Of a DNA stretch of 64,000 nt, positions 33,901 to 45,900 are shown piece by piece. The notes beneath the pieces were generated by a model. The model was not told the origin of the DNA. It made no database searches and saw only the letters and a program-made list of their open reading frames with translations. The position numbers and the translations under genes were made by a program. The stretch comes from Eledone cirrhosa (lineage: Eukaryota): contig OZ024740.1 of the NCBI GenBank assembly GCA_964016885.1, positions 307,334,001 to 307,398,000 of the forward strand, in the 5' to 3' direction. Positions within the stretch are counted from its first letter, which is position 1. Each line of letters starts with the position of its first letter.

Positions 33901-36900
33901 TGGCTGTAGCAGTGGCTGAAGGTGGGGGTTGTGGAGTGTTGGTGGTGGTGTAGTGGAGGTAATGGCTGTAGCAGTGGCTGAAGGTGGGGGTTGTGGAGTG
34001 TTGGTGGTGGTGTAGTGGAGGTAATGGTTGTAGCAGTGGCTGAAGGTGGGGGTTGTGGAGTGTTGGTGGTGTAGTGGAGGTAATGGCTGTAGCAGTGGCT
34101 GAAGGTGGGGGTTGTGGAGTGTTGGTGGTGGTGTAGTGGAGGTAATGGCTGTAGCAGTGGCTGAAGGTGGGGGTTGTGGAGTGTTGGTGGTGGTGTAGTG
34201 GAGGTAATGGCTGTAGCAGTGGCTGAAGGTGGGGGTTGTGGAGTGTTGGTGGTGGTGTAGTGGAGGTAATGGCTGTAGCAGTGGCTGAAGGTGGGGGTTT
34301 GTGGAGTGTTGGTTGGTGGTGTAGTGGAGGTAATGGCTGTAGCAGTGCTGAAGGTGGGGGTTGTGGAGTGTTTGTGGTGTAGTGGAGGTAATGGCTGTAG
34401 CAGTGGCTGAAGGTGGGGGTTGTGGAGTGTTGGTGGTGTAGTGGAGGTAATGGCTGTAGCCAGTGGCTGAAGGTGGGGGTTGTGGAGTGTTGGTGGTGGT
34501 GTAGTGGAGGTAATGGCTGTAGCAGTGGCTGAAGGTGGGGGTTGTGGAGTGTTGGTGGTGGTGTAGTGGAGGTAATGGCTGTAGGCAGTGGCTGAAGGTG
34601 GGGGGTTGTGGAGTGTTGGTGGTGTGTAGTGGAGGTAATGGCTGTAGCAGTGGCTGAAGGTGGGGGTTGTGGAGTGTTGGTGGTGGTGTAGTGGAGGTAA
34701 TGGCTGTAGCAGTGGCTGAAGGTGGGGGTTGTGGAGTGTTTGTGGGTGTAGTGGAGGGTAATGGCTGTAGTAGTGGCTGAAGGTGGGGGTTGTGGAGTGT
34801 TTGTGGTGTAGTGGAGGTAATGGTTGTAGCAGTGGCTGAAGGTGGGGGTTGTAGAGTGTTGGTGGTGTAGTGGAGGTAATGGTTGTAGCAGTGGCTGAAG
34901 GTGGGGGTTGTGGAGTGTTGGTGGTGTTAGTGGAGGTAAATGGTTGTAGCAGTGGCTGAAGGTGGGGGTTGTGGAGTGTTGGTGGTGTAGTGGAGGTAAT
35001 GGCTGTAGCAGTGGCTGAAGGTGGGGGTTGTGGTGTGTTGGTGGTGTAGTGGAGGTAATGGCTGTAGCAGTGGCTGAAGGTGGGGGTTGTGGAGTGTTGG
35101 TGGTGTAGTGGAGGTAATGGTTGTAGCAGTGGCTGAAGGTGGGGGTTGTGGAGTGTTTGTGGTGTAGTGGAGGTAATGGTTGTAGCAGTGGCTGAAGGTG
35201 GGGGTTGTAGAGTGTTGGTGGTGTAGTGGAGGTAATGGTTGTAGCAGTGGCTGAAGGTGGGGTTGTGGAGTGTTGGTGGTGGTGTAGTGGAGGTAATGGT
35301 TGTAGCAGTGGCTGAAGGTTGGGGGTTGTGGAGTGTTGGTGGTGTAGTGGAGGTAATGGTTGTAGCAGTGGCTGAAGGTGGGGGTTGTGGAGTGTTGGTG
35401 GTGTAGTGGAGGTAATGGTTGTAGCAGTGGCTGAAGGTGGGGGTTGTGGAGTGTTGGTGGTGTAGTGGAGGTAATGGTTGTAGCAGTGGCTGAAGGTGGG
35501 GGTTGTGGAGTGTTGGTGGTGTAGTGGAGGTAATGGTTGTAGCAGTGGCTGAAGGTGGGGGTTGTGGAGTGTTGGTGGTGTAGTGGAGGTAATGGCTGTA
35601 GCAGTGGCTGAAGGTGGGGGTTGTAGAGTGTTGGTGGTGTAGTGGCGGTAATGGTTGTAGCAGTGGCTGAAGGTGGGGGTTGTGGAGTGTTTGTGGTGTA
35701 GTGGAGGTAATGGTTGTAGCAGTGGCTGAAGGTGGGGGTTGTAGAGTGTTGGTGGTGTAGTGGAGGTAATGGTTGTAGCAGTGGCTGAAGGTGGGGGTTG
35801 TGGAGTGTTTGTGGTGTAGTGGAGGTAATGGTTGTAGCAGTGGCTGAAGGTGGGGGTTGTAGAGTGTTGGTGGTGTAGTGGAGGTAATGGTTGTAGCAGT
35901 GGCTGAAGGTGGGGGTTGTGGAGTGTTTGTGGTGTAGTGGAGGTAATGGTTGTAGCAGTGGCTGAAGGTGGGGGTTGTAGAGAGTTGTTGGTGGTGTAGT
36001 GGAGGTAATGGTTGTAGCAGTGGCTGGAAGGTGGGGGTTGTGGAGTGTTGGTTGGTGTAGTGGAGGTAATGGATTGTAGCAGTGGCTGAAGGTTGGGGTT
36101 GTGGAGTGTTGGTGGTGTAGTGGAGGTAATGGTTGTAGCAGTGGCTGAAGGTGGGGGTTGTGGAGTGTTTGGTGGTGTAGTGGAGGTAATGGTTGTAGCA
36201 GTGGCTGAAGGTGGGGGTTGTGGAGTGGTTGGTGGTGTAGTGGAGGTAATGGTTGTAGCAGTGGCTGAAGGTGGGGGTTGTGGAGTGTTGGTGGTGTAGT
36301 GGAGGTAATGGTTGTAGCAGTGGCTGAAAGTGGGGGTTGTGGAGTGTTTGTGGTGTAGTGGAGGTAATGGTTGTAGCAGTGGCTGAAGGTGGGGGTTGTG
36401 GAGTGTTGGTGGTGTAGTGGAGGTAATGTTTGTAGCAGTGGCTGAAGGTGGGGGATTGTGGAGTGTTGGTGGTGTAGTGGAGGTAATGGTTTGTAGCAGT
36501 GGCTGAAGGTGGGGGTTGTGGAGTGTTTGTGGTGTAGTGGAGGTAATGTTTGTAGCAGTGGCTGAAGGTGGGGATTGTGGAGTGTTGGTGGTGTAGTGGA
36601 GGTAATGGTTGTAGCAGTGGCTGAAGGTGGGGGTTGTGGAGTGTTGGTGGTGTAGTGGAGGTAATGTTTGTAGCCGTGGCTGAAGGTGGGGATTGTGGGA
36701 GTGTTGGTGGTGTAGTGGAGGTAATGGTTGTAGCAGTGGCTGAAGGTGGGGGTTGTGGAGTGTTGGTGGTGTAGTGGAGGTAATGTTTGTAGCAGTGGCT
36801 GAAGGTGGGGGATTGTGGAGTGTTGGTGGTGTAGTGGAGGTAATGGTTGTAGCAGTGGCTGAAGGTGGGGGTTGTGGAGTGTTGGTGGTGTAGTGGAGGT

Positions 36901-39900
36901 AATGGTTGTAGCAGTGGCTGAAGGTGGGGGTTGTGGAGTGTTGGTGGTGTAGTGGAGGTAATGGTTGTAGCAGTGGCTGAAGGTGGGGGTTGTGGAGTGT
37001 TGGTGGTGTAGTGGAGGTAATGGCTGTAGCAGTGGCTGAAGGTGGGGGTTTGTGGTGTGTTTGTGGTGTAGTGGAGGTAATGTTTGTAGTAGTAGATGAA
37101 GGTGGGGGCTGTGGAGTGTTGGTGGTGGTGTAGTGGAGGTAATGGTTGTAGCAGTGGCTGAAGGTGGGGGTTGTGGAGTGTTGGTGGTGTAGTGGAGGTA
37201 ATGGCTGTAGCAGTGGCTGAAGGTGGGGGTTGTGGAGTGTTTGTGGTGTAGTGGAGGTAATGTTTGTAGTAGTAGATGAAGGTGGGGGGTTCTGGAGTGT
37301 TGGTGGTGTAGTGGAGGTAATGGCTGTAGCAGTGGCTGAAGGTGGGGGTTGTGGAGTGTTGGTGGTGTAGTGGAGGTAATGGTTGTAGCAGTGGCAGAAG
37401 GTGGGGGTTGTGGAGTGTTTGTGGTGTAGTGGAGGTAATGGTTGTAGCAGTGGCTGAAGGTGGGGGTTGTGGAGTGTTTGTGGTGTAGTGGAGGTAATGG
37501 TTGTAGCAGTGGCTGAAGGTGGGGGTTGTAGAGTGTTGGTGGTGTAGTGGAGGTAATGGTTGTAGCAGTGGCTGAAGGTGGGGGGTTGTGGAGTGTTGGT
37601 GGTGTAGTGGAGGTAATGGCTGTAGCAGTGGCTGAAGGTGGGGGTTGTGGAGTGTTGGTGGTGTAGTGGAGGTAATGGTTGTAGCAGTGGCTGAAGGTGG
37701 GGGTTGTGGAGTGTTGGTGGTGTAGTGGAGGTAATGGTTGTAGCAGTGGCTGAAGGTGGGGGTTGTGGAGTGTTGGTGGTGTAGTGGAGGTAATGGTTGT
37801 AGCAGTGGCTGAAAGTGGGGGTTGTAGAGTGTTGATGGTGTAGTGGAGGTAATGGTTGTAGCAGTGGCTGAAGGTGGGGATTGTGGAGTGTTGGTGGTGT
37901 AGTGGAGGTAATGGCTGTAGCAGTGGCTGAAGGTGGGGGTTGTGGAGTGTTGGTGGTGTAGTGGAGGTAATGTTTGTAGTAGTAGATGAAGGTGGGGGCT
38001 GTGGAGTGTTTGTGGTGTAGTGGAGGTAATGTTTGTAGTAGTAGATGAAGGTGGGGGCTGTGGAGTGTTTGTGGTGTAGTGGAGGTAATGGTTGTAGCAG
38101 TGGCTGAAGGTGGGGGTTCTGGAGTGTTGGTGGTGTAGTGGAGGTAATGGTTGTAGCAGTGGCTGAAGGTGGGGATTGTGGAGTGTTGGTGGTGTAGTGG
38201 AGGTAATGGTTGTAGCAGTGGCTGAAGGTGGGGGTTGTGGAGTGTTTGTGGTGTAGTGGAGGTAATGTTTGTAGTAGTAGATGAAGGTGGGGGGTTCTGG
38301 AGTGTTGGTGGTGTAGTGGAGGTAATGGTTGTAGCAGTGGCTGAAGGTGGGGGTTGTGGAGTGTTTGTGGTGTAGTGGAGGTAATGTTTGTAGTAGTAGA
38401 TGAAGGTGGGGGGTTCTGGAGTGTTTGTGGTGTAGTGGAGGTAATGGTTGTAGCAGTGGCTGAAGGTGGGGGTTGTGGAGTGTTTGTGGTGTAGTGGAGG
38501 TAATGTTTGTAGTAGTAGATGAAGGTGGGGGGTTCTGGAGTGTTGGTGGTGTAGTGGAGGTAATGGTTGTAGCAGTGGCTGAAGGTGGGGGTTGTGGAGT
38601 GTTTGTGGTGTAGTGGAGGTAATGTTTGTAGTAGTAGATGAAGGTGGGGGGTTCTGGAGTGTTTGTGGTGTAGTGGAGGTAATGGTTGTAGCAGTGGCTG
38701 AAGGTGGGGGTTGTGGAGTGTTTGTGGTGTAGTGGAGGTAATGTTTGTAGTAGTAGATGAAGGTGGGGGGTTCTGGAGTGTTGGTGGTGTAGTGGAGGTA
38801 ATGGTTGTAGCAGTGGCTGAAGGTGGGGGTTGTGGAGTGTTGGTGGTGTAGTGGAGGTAATGGCTGTAGCAGTGGCTGAAGGTGGGGGGTTCTGGAGTGT
38901 TGGTGGTGTAGTGGAGGTAATGGTTGTAGCAGTGGCTGAAGGTGGGGGGTTCTGGAGTGTTGGTGGTGTAGTGGAGGTAATGGTTGTAGCAGTGGCTGAA
39001 GGTGGGGGTTGTGGAGTGTTTGTGGTGTAGTGGAGGTAATGGCTGTAGCAGTGGCTGAAGGTGGGGGTTGTGGAGTGTTGGTGGTGTAGTGGAGGTAATG
39101 GTTGTAGTAGTAGATGAAGGTGGGGGCTGTGGAGTGTTGGTGGTGGTGTAGTGGAGGTAATGTTTGTAGTAGTAGATGAAGGTGGGGGCTGTGGAGTGTT
39201 TGTGGTGTAGTGGAGGTAATGGTTGTAGTAGTGGCTGAAGGTGGGGGTTGTGGAGTGTTGGTGGTGGTGTAGTGGAGGTAATGGTTGTAGCAGTGGCTGA
39301 AGGTGGGGGTTGTGGAGTGTTTGTGATGTAGTGGAGGTAATGGTTGTAGTAGTAGATGAAGGTGGGGTTTGTGGAGTGTTGGTGGTGTAGTGGAGGTAAT
39401 GGTTGTAGCAGTGGCTGAAGGTGGGGGTTGTGGAGTGTTGGTGGTGTAGTGGAGGTAATGGTTGTAACAGTGGCTGAAGGTGGGGGTTGTGGAGTGTTTG
39501 TGGTGTAGTGGAGGTAATGTTTGTAGTAGTAGATGAAGGTGGGGGGTTGTGGAGTGTTGGTGGTGTAGTGGAGGTAATGGTTGTAGCAGTGGCTGAAGGT
39601 GGGGGTTGTGGAGTGTTGGTGGTGGTGTAGTGGAGGTAATGGTTGTAGCAGTGGCTGAAGGTGGGGGTTGTGGAGTGTTTGTGGTGTAGTGGAGGTAATG
39701 TTTGTAGTAGTAGATGAAGGTGGGGGTTGTGGAGTGTTTGTGGTGTAGTGGAGGTAATGGTTGTAGCAGTGGCTGAAGGTGGGGGTTGTGGAGTGTTTGT
39801 GGTGTAGTGGAGGTAATGGTTGTAGCAGTGGCTGAAGGTGGGGGTTGTGGAGTGTTGGTGGTGTAGTGGAGGTAATGGCTGTAGCAGTAGCTGAAGGTGG

Positions 39901-42900
39901 GGGTTGTGGAGTGTTGGTGGTGTAGTGGAGGTAATGGTTGTAGCAGTGGCTGAAGGTGGGGGTTGTGGAGTGTTGGTGGTGTAGTGGAGGTAATGGTTGT
40001 AGCAGTGGCTGAAGGTGGGGGTTGTGGAGTGTTGGTGGTGTAGTGGAGGTAATGGCTGTAGCAGTAGCTGAAGGTGGGGGTTGTGGAGTGTTGGTGGTGT
40101 AGTGGAGGTAATGGTTGTAGCAGTGGCTGAAGGTGGGGGTTGTGGAGTGTTGGTGGTGTAGTGGAGGTAATGGTTGTAGCAGTGGCTGAAGGTGGGGGTT
40201 GTGGAGTGTTGGTGGTGTAGTGGAGGTAATGGCTGTAGCAGTAGCTGAAGGTGGGGGTTGTGGAGTGTTGGTGGTGTAGTGGAGGTAATGGTTGTAGCAG
40301 TGGCTGAAGGTGGGGGTTGTGGAGTGTTGGTGGTGTAGTGGAGGTAATGGCTGTAGCAGTGGCTGAAGGTGGGGGTTGTGGTGTGTTGGTGGTGTAGTGG
40401 AGGTAATGGCTGTAGCAGTGGCTGAAGGTGGGGGTTGTGGAGTGTTGGTGGTGTAGTGGAGGTAATGGCTGTAGCAGTGGCTGAAGGTGGGGGTTGTGGT
40501 GTGTTGGTGGTGTAGTGGAGGTAATGGCTGTAGCAGTGGCTGAAGGTGGGGGTTGTGGTGTGTTGGTGGTGTAGTGGAGGTAATGGCTGTAGCAGTGGCT
40601 GAAGGTGGGGGGTTGTGGAGTGTTGGTGGTGTAGTGGAGGTAATGGCTGTAGCAGTGGCTGAAGGTGGGGGTTGTGGTGTGTTGGTGGTGTAGTGGAGGT
40701 AATGGTTGTAGCAGTGGCTGAAGGTGGGGGTTGTGGAGTGTTGGTGGTGTAGTGGAGGTAATGGTTGTAGCAGTGGCTGAAGGTGGGGGGTTGTGGAGTG
40801 TTGGTGGTGTAGTGGAGGTAATGGCTGTAGCAGTGGCTGAAGGTGGGGGTTGTGGAGTGTTGGTGGTGTAGTGGAGGTAATGGTTGTAGCAGTGGCTGAA
40901 GGTGGGGGTTGTGGAGTGTTGGTGGTGTAGTGGAGGTAATGGTTGTAGAAGTGGCTGAAGGTGGGGGTTGTGGAGTGTTGGTGGTGTAGTGGAGGTAATG
41001 GTTGTAGCAGTGGCTCAAGGTGGGGGTTGTGGAGTGTTGGTGGTGTAGTGGAGGTAATGGTTGTAGCAGTGGCTGAAGGTGGGGGTTGTGGAGTGTTGGT
41101 GGTGTAGTGGAGGTAATGGTTGTAGCAGTGGCTGAAGGTGGGGGTTGTGGAGTGTTGGTGGTGTAGTGGAGGTAATGGCTGTAGCAGTGGCTCAAGGTGG
41201 GGGTTGTGGAGTGTTGGTGGTGTAGTGGAGGTAATGGTTGTAGCAGTGGCTGAAGGTGGGGGTTGTGGAGTGTTGGTGGTGTAGTGGAGGTAATGGTTGT
41301 AGCAGTGGCTGAAGGTGGGGGTTGTGGAGTGTTGGTGGTGTAGTGGAGGTAATGGTTGTAGCAGTGGCTGAAGGTGGGGGTTGTGGAGTGTTGGTGGTGT
41401 AGTGGAGGTAATGGCTGTAGCAGTGGCTCAAGGTGGGGGTTGTGGAGTGTTGGTGGTGTAGTGGAGGTAATGGTTGTAGCAGTGGCTCAAGGTGGGGGTT
41501 GTGGAGTGTTGGTGGTGTAGTGGAGGTAATGGTTGTAGCAGTGGCTGAATGTGGGGGGTTGTGGAGTGTTGGTGGTGTAGTGGAGGTAATGGTTGTAGCA
41601 GTGGCTGAAGGTGGGGGTTGTGGAGTGTTGGTGGTGGTGTAGTGGAGGTAATGGTTGTAGCAGTGGCTGAAGGTGGGGGTTGTGGAGTGTTGGTGGTGTA
41701 GTGGAGGTAATGGTTGTAGCAGTGGCTGAAGGTGGGGGTTGTGGAGTGTTGGTGGTGTAGTGGAGGTAATGTTTGTAGTAGTAGATGAAGGTGGGGGTTG
41801 TGGAGTGTTGGTGGTGTAGTGGAGGTAATGGTTGTAGTAGTAGATGAAGGTGGGCGTTGTGGAGTGTTGGTGGTGTAGTGGAGGTAATGGTTGTAGCAGT
41901 GGCTGAAGGTGGGGGTTGTGGAGTGTTGGTGGTGGTGTAGTGGAGGTAATGGTTGTAGCAGTGGCTGAAGGTGGGGGTTGTGGGGTGTTGGTGGTGTAGT
42001 GGAGGTAATGGCTGTAGCAGTGGCTGAAGGTGGGGGTTGTGGAGTGTTGGTGGTGGTGTAGTGGAGGTAATGGTTGTAGCAGTGGCTGAAGGTGGGGGTT
42101 GTGGAGTGTTGGTGGTGTAGTGGAGGTAATGGCTGTAGCAGTGGCTGAAGGTGGGGGTTGTGGAGTGTTGGTGGTGTAGTGGAGGTAATGGTTGTAGTAG
42201 TGGCTGAAGGTGGGGGTTGTGGAGTGTTGGTGGTGGTGTAGTGGAGGTAATGGTTGTAGCAGTGGCTGAAGGTGGGGGTTGTGGAGTGTTGGTGGTGGTG
42301 TAGTGGAGGTAATGGTTGTAGCAGTGGCTGAAGGTGGGGGTTGTGGAGTGTTGGTGGTGTAGTGGAGGTAATGGCTGTAGCAGTGGCTGAAGGTGGGGGT
42401 TTGTGGTGTGTTTGTAGTGTAGTGGAGGTAATGGTTGTAGCAGTGGCTGAAGGTGGGGGTTTGTGGTGTGGTTGTAGTGTAGTGGAGGTAATGGTTGTAG
42501 CAGTGGCTGAAGGTGGGGGTTGTGGAGTGTTGGTGGTGTAGTGGAGGTAATGGCTGTAGCAGTGGCTGAAGGTGGGGGTTGTGGAGTGTTGGTGGTGTAG
42601 TGGAGGTAATGGTTGTAGCAGTGGCTGAAGGTGGGGGTTTGTGGTGTGTTTGTAGTGTAGTGGAGGTAATGGTTGTAGCAGTGGCTGAAGGTGGGGGTTG
42701 TGGAGTGTTGGTGGTGTAGTGGAGGTAATGGCTGTAGCAGTGGCTGAAGGTGGGGGTTGTGGTGTGTTTGTAGTGTAGTGGAGGTAATGGCTGTAGCAGT
42801 GGCTGAAGGTGGGGGTTGTGGAGTGTTGGTGGTGTAGTGGAGGTAATGGTTGTAGCAGTGGCTGAAGGTGGGGGTTTGTGGTGTGTTTGTAGTGTAGTGG

Positions 42901-45900
42901 AGGTAATGGTTGTAGCAGTGGCTGAAGGTGGGGGTTGTGGAGTGTTGGTGGTGTAGTGGAGGTAATGGCTGTAGCAGTGGCTGAAGGTGGGGGTTGTGGT
43001 GTGTTTGTAGTGTAGTGGAGGTAATGGCTGTAGCAGTGGCTGAAGGTGGGGGTTGTGGAGTGTTGGTGGTGTAGTGGAGGTAATGGTTGTAGCAGTGGCT
43101 GAAGGTGGGGGTTTGTGGTGTGTTTGTAGTGTAGTGGAGGTAATGGCTGTAGCAGTGGCTGAAGGTGGGGGTTGTGGAGTGTTGGTGGTGTAGTGGAGGT
43201 AATGGTTGTAGCAGTGGCTGAAGGTGGGGGTTTGTGGTGTGTTTGTAGTGTAGTGGAGGTAATGGCTGTAGCAGTGGCTGAAGGTGGGGGTTGTGGAGTG
43301 TTGGTGGTGTAGTGGAGGTAATGGTTGTAGCAGTGGCTGAAGGTGGGGGTTGTGGAGTGTTGGTGGTGTAGTGGAGGTAATGGTTGTAGCAGTGGCTGAA
43401 GGTGGGGGTTTGTGGTGTGTTTGTAGTGTAGTGGAGGTAATGGCTGTAGCAGTGGCTGAAGGTGGGGGTTGTGGAGTGTTGGTGGTGTAGTGGAGGTAAT
43501 GGTTGTAGCAGTGGCTGAAGGTGGGGGTTGTGGAGTGTTGGTGGTGTAGTGGAGGTAATGGTTGTAGCAGTGGCTGAAGGTGGGGGTTGTGGAGTGTTTG
43601 TGGTGTAGTGGAGGTAATGGCTGTAGCAGTGGCTGAAGGTGGGGGTTGTGGAGTGTTGGTGGTGTAGTGGAGGTAATGTTTGTAGTAGTGGCTGAAGGTG
43701 GGGGTTGTGGAGTGTTGGTGGTGTAGTGGAGGTAATGGCTGTAGCAGTGGCTGAAGGTGGGGGTTGTGGAGTGTTGGTGGTGTAGTGGAGGTAATGGCTG
43801 TAGCAGTGGCTGAAGGTGGGGGGTTGTGGAGTGTTGGTGGTGTAGTGGAGGTAATGGCTGTAGCAGTGGCTGAAGGTGGGGGTTGTGGAGTGTTGGTGGT
43901 GTAGTGGAGGTAATGTTTGTAGTAGTGGCTGAAGGTGGGGGTTGTGGAGTGTTGGTGGTGTAGTGGAGGTAATGGCTGTAGCAGTGGCTGAAGGTGGGGG
44001 TTGTGGAGGGTTGGTGGTGGTGTAGTGGAGGTAATGGTTGTAGCAGTGGCTGAAGGTGGGGGTTGTGGAGTGTTGGTGGTGTAGTGGAGGTAATGGCTGT
44101 AGCAGTGGCTGAAGGTGGGGGTTGTGGAGGGTTGGTGGTGGTGTAGTGGAGGTAATGGTTGTAGCAGTGGCTGAAGGTGGGGGTTGTGGAGTGTTGGTGG
44201 TGTAGTGGAGGTAATGGCTGTAGCAGTGGCTGAAGGTGGGGGTTGTGGAGTGTTGGTGGTGTAGTGGAGGTAATGGCTGTAGCAGTGGCTGAAGGTGGGG
44301 GGTTGTGGAGTGTTGGTGGTGTAGTGGAGGTAATGGCTGTAGCAGTGGCTGAAGGTGGGGGTTGTGGAGTGTTGGTGGTGTAGTGGAGGTAATGGCTGTA
44401 GCAGTGGCTGAAGGTGGGGGTTGTGGAGTGTTGGTGGTGTAGTGGAGGTAATGGTTGTAGCAGTGGCTGAAGGTGGGGGTTGTGGAGTGTTGGTGGTGTA
44501 GTGGAGGTAATGGTTGTAGCAGTGGCTGAAGGTGGGGGTTGTGGAGTGTTGGTGGTGTAGTGGAGGTAATGGTTGTAGCAGTGGCTGAAGGTGGGGGTTG
44601 TGGAGTGTTGGTTGTGTAGTGGAGGTAATGGTTGTAGCAGTGGCTGAAGGTGGGGGTTGTGGAGTGTTGGTGGTGTAGTGGAGGTAATGGTTGTAGCAGT
44701 GGCTGAAGGTGGGGGTTGTGGAGTGTTGGTGGTGTAGTGGAGGTAATGGCTGTAGCAGTGGCTGAAGGTGGGGGTTGTGGAGTGTTGGTGGTGTAGTGGA
44801 GGTAATGGCTGTAGCAGTGGCTGAAGGTGGGGGTTGTGGAGTGTTGGTGGTGTAGTGGAAGTAATGGCTGTAGCAGTGGCTGAAGGTGGGGGTTGTGGAG
44901 TGTTGGTGGTGTAGTGGAGGTAATGGCTGTAGCAGTGGCTGAAGGTGGGGGTTGTGGAGTGTTGGTGGTGTAGTGGAGGTAATGGCTGTAGCAGTGGCTG
45001 AAGGTGGGGGTTGTGGAGTGTTGGTGGTGTAGTGGAGGTAATGGTTGTAGCAGTGGCTGAAGGTGGGGGTTGTGGAGTGTTGGTGGTGGTGTAGTGGAGG
45101 TAATGTTTGTAGTAGTAGATGAAGGTGGGGGTTGTGGAGTGTTGGTGGTGGTGTAGTGGAGGTAATGTTTGTAGTAGTAGATGAAGGTGGGGGTTGTGGA
45201 GTGTTGGTGGTGTAGTGGAGGTAATGGTTGTAGCAGTGGCTGAAGGTGGGGGTTGTGGAGTGTTGGTGGTGTAGTGGAGGTAATGGTTGTAGCAGTGGCT
45301 GAAGGTGGGGGTTGTGGAGTGTTGGTGGTGTAGTGGAGGTAATGTTTGTAGTAGTAGATGAAGGTGGGGGTTGTGGAGTGTTGGTGGTGGTGTAGTGGAG
45401 GTAATATTTGTAGTAGTAGATGAAGGTGGGGGTTGTGGAGTGTTGGTGGTGTAGTGGAGGTAATGGTTGTAGTAGTGGCTGAAGGTGGGGGTTGTGGAGT
45501 GTTGGTGGTGTAGTGGAGGTAATGTTTGTAGTAGTAGATGAAGGTGGGGGCTGTGGAGTGTTTGTGGTGTAGTGGAGGTAATGGCTGTAGCAGTGGCTGA
45601 AGGTGGGGGTTGTGGAGTGTTGGTGGTGTAGTGGAGGTAATGGCTGTAGCAGTGGCTGAAGGTGGGGGTTGTGGCGTGTTGGTGGTGTAGTGGAGGTAAT
45701 GTTTGTAGTAGTAGATGAAGGTGGGGGCTGTGGAGTGTTTGTGGTGTAGTGGAGGTAATGTTTGTAGTAGTAGATGAAGGTGGGGGCTGTGGAGTGTTTG
45801 TGGTGTAGTGGAGGTAATGGCTGTAGCAGTGGCTGAAGGTGGGGGTTGTGGAGTGTTTGTGGTGTAGTGGAGGTAATGGTTGTAGCAGTGGCTGAAGGTG

